Below, piece after piece: positions 17,660-20,000 of a DNA stretch of 20,000 nt (position 1 is the first letter of the stretch; the number at the start of each line of letters is the position of its first letter). Position numbers and translations under genes: made by a program. The stretch lies in the NCBI GenBank assembly GCA_010015585.1, contig ML975160.1, one strand, 5' to 3'. The notes under the pieces were generated by a model. It did no database searches, was not told the DNA's origin, and saw only the letters and a list, made by a program, of their open reading frames with translations. Source of the DNA: Eremomyces bilateralis CBS 781.70. Its lineage: Eukaryota.

Positions 17660-20000
17660 ATGCGCCTCTTAAAGCTCAACGGCAACGGCGGGTTCATCCT
17701 GGAGACCTTTGGAACCACGACCCCTCCTTACGCCATACTTTCTCATACATGGGGAAGCGACAGCGATGAAGTCACATTCAAGGACGTCGTGGACGGTACT
17801 GGGAAGAATAAGGCTGGATACCAGAAGCTGGTATTCTGCGGAGACCAAGCCAAGTCCGACAGTCTATCCTATTTCTGGGTGGACACATGCTGCATCGATA
17901 AGTCGGATACCCACGAACTTACGAAGGCAATCAACTCTATGTTTCGCTGGTACCAGAATGCGACGCGATGCTACGTCTATCTCTCAGACGTTTCTGTACG
18001 CACGCAGGATGGGCAGGCTACTCATATCGAGTGGGAGTCTTCTATGCGCAATAGCCGATGGTTCGAACGAGGATGGACACTCCAAGAGCTTCTCGCGCCG
18101 AAAATAGTTGAATTCTACTCCCGAGATCACGTCCGACTAGGTGATAGAAAGTCACTCGAACGGCATATCTGCGAGAAAACAGGAATCGCTCTAGAGGCAC
18201 TCCAGGGCCGTCCACTCCATGGTTTCAGCGTCGAGGAGAAGTTTCGATGGATAGAGAAGCGGAAAACGACCGAGGAGGAGGACATGGCATACTGTCTCCT
18301 TGGAATTTTCGATGTTTTCTTGCCACTTATATATAGCGAAGGCAAAGAGAATGCAATGAGAAGGCTGCGACGAGAGATCAAGGACTCTAAGCATAAATCG
18401 CGGTCATGTAAGTCTTTGCTATCTATTTTGCACCTCCATTTGCTAATGTGCTCCATTGTTTAGACGAAAAGCTATCACGTACTATCCCCTTCGAGCGCAA
18501 TCTTCGCTTCACCGGTCGCGAATCCGAGCTTTCTAGAATTGAAAAGCTACTTTTCCAACATGGCCAAACCGTAAAGATCGCAATTACAGGACTTGGAGGC
18601 GTAGGGAAGACGCAATTAGCGATCGAGACTGTCTATCGGACCATGGAGAAACAGAGTGACTGCTCAGTAATTTGGATTCCCGCTACCGATCCCGAAACCC
18701 TTCTTCAGGCGTTCTCGGCAGTCGCCGAAGAGTTGGATATACCTGGAAGAGACAAGCAAGGAGCGGACGTAAGACGTCTAGTTCAGAACTACCTCAGCAA
18801 CGAAGGCGCGGGCCAGTGGCTGGTGGTGTTTGACAACGCCGACGACATGGATATGTGGATGGGGAAACCAGCCGAGAGACAATCTATCCGTCTCCTCGAC
18901 TACCTTCCAAAGAGCAGGCAAGGAAGCATCCTCTTTACTACGCGAGATAGGAAGGTTGCTACCAAGCTGGCGTCTCAGAATTTGGTAAAAGTCCAAGAAA
19001 TGAACGCAGAGGTGGCTTCGGAGCTATTACAGAAATGCTTGATCGGACACGATGTAGCGGCCTGCCAAACAGATACTGAAGCCTTAGTCACACAGCTGAC
19101 TTACCTGCCGCTCGCCATTGTTCAGGCGGCAGCGTATATTAATGCGAACGACACCTCGATTACCGACTATCTTTCCTTACTTGATGAGCAGGATACGTCT
19201 ATAATTGAACTTCTGAGCGAAGACTTTGAAGATGACGGCAGATACCGCAATATCAAGAACCCAGTGGCCACAACATGGCTGATATCGTTCGAGCGAATTC
19301 AGCAGCACGATTCTTTGGCAGCAGACTACTTATCTTTAATGGCATGTATTGAGCCAAAAGATATCCCGCAGAGTTTTTTTCCACCTGGCCCATCTCGCAA
19401 GAAGGAGATAGACGCTATCGGGACGCTTCACGCCTATTCATTTATTAGTAAACGTCCAACAGATCTTACTGTCGATCTTCATCGGTTAGTACATATAGCT
19501 ACTCGAAACTGGCTTCAAGAGAACGATCAACTGGTCCAGTGGAAAGACAAAGCAGTCGTACGACTAGAGGAAGTTTTTCCCGACAACACCCACACCAACA
19601 GGAGCAAATGGAGGGCATACCTGCCGCACGTGCGCTTTATACTACAGTCTGGCCTCCTTCAGAAGGATTCGAAGAAGCGGACAGATCTCCAACGGAGATA
19701 TGGAACGTGCCTCGACGCCGACGGACGATGGAGTGAGGCAGAGGTCGCTTATTCCCAGGCCCTCGAGATAGAAGAGAAGGAGCTGGGCCCAGAGCATCAT
19801 TCAACGCTGACCAGCATGGCCTACCTGGCGTCGACGTACAGGAATCAAGGCCGATGGAAGGAGGCCGAAGAGCTGCAGGTACAAGTGATGGAGACTCGTA
19901 AGAAGAAGCTCGGAGCCGACCATCCAGACACGCTACACAGTATAGCCGACCTAGCGTCGACGTACTGGAATCAAGGCCGATGGGAGGCGGCCGAAGAGCT
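17660..20000 (+). CDS. Fungal NLR-type protein HET - NB-ARC - TPR (3' partial); exons 17660-18407, 18464->20000
   Basis: HET domain motifs MRLL, YAILSHTWG, FWVDTCCIDK, AINSMFRWYQNA, CYVYLSDV and SRWFERGWTLQELLAP. Intron 18408-18463 (GTAAGT...GCTAAT...TAG). NB-ARC motifs FTGRESEL, P-loop GLGGVGKT, Walker B WLVVFDNADD, ILFTTRD, LPLAIVQAAAYI and LHRLVH. TPRs of the LGxxHPxTLxSxxxLASTYxNQGRWxEAExL type. No stop codon up to the window end. Confidence 0.93.
19783..20000 (+). repeat. 126-bp (42-aa) TPR-coding tandem repeats with high nucleotide identity, continuing past the window
   Basis: GCGTCGACGTAC(A/T)GGAATCAAGGCCGATGG...GGCCGAAGAGCT recurs at 19828 and 19954, a period of exactly 126 bp. Confidence 0.85.

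Overview
This is a gene-dense, intron-containing window from a filamentous ascomycete (Pezizomycotina; short GT-AG introns with CTRAC branch sites). In order: rps22 (40S uS8/S15a, minus strand), with a structured 5'-UTR intron and an snR44-like H/ACA snoRNA in its first coding intron; a divergent intracellular LysM gene (RING-like Cys cluster, three PPxY motifs, LysM, UBA-like tail); a 4-TM membrane protein; a small Arg-rich orphan ORF; an OSCA/TMEM63 (CSC1/DUF221) channel; the P5A-ATPase spf1; an AT-rich, probably decayed ORF; and a fungal NLR (HET - NB-ARC - TPR) that runs off the right edge with 126-bp near-identical TPR repeats. Exon boundaries were derived by hand and checked for frame. 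Family assignments rest on recognised motifs, not database searches. The most interesting leads are the LysM/PPxY/UBA-like protein as a possible ubiquitin-linked glycan sensor, the RNA elements in the rps22 introns, and the NLR whose intron could yield a HET-only isoform.
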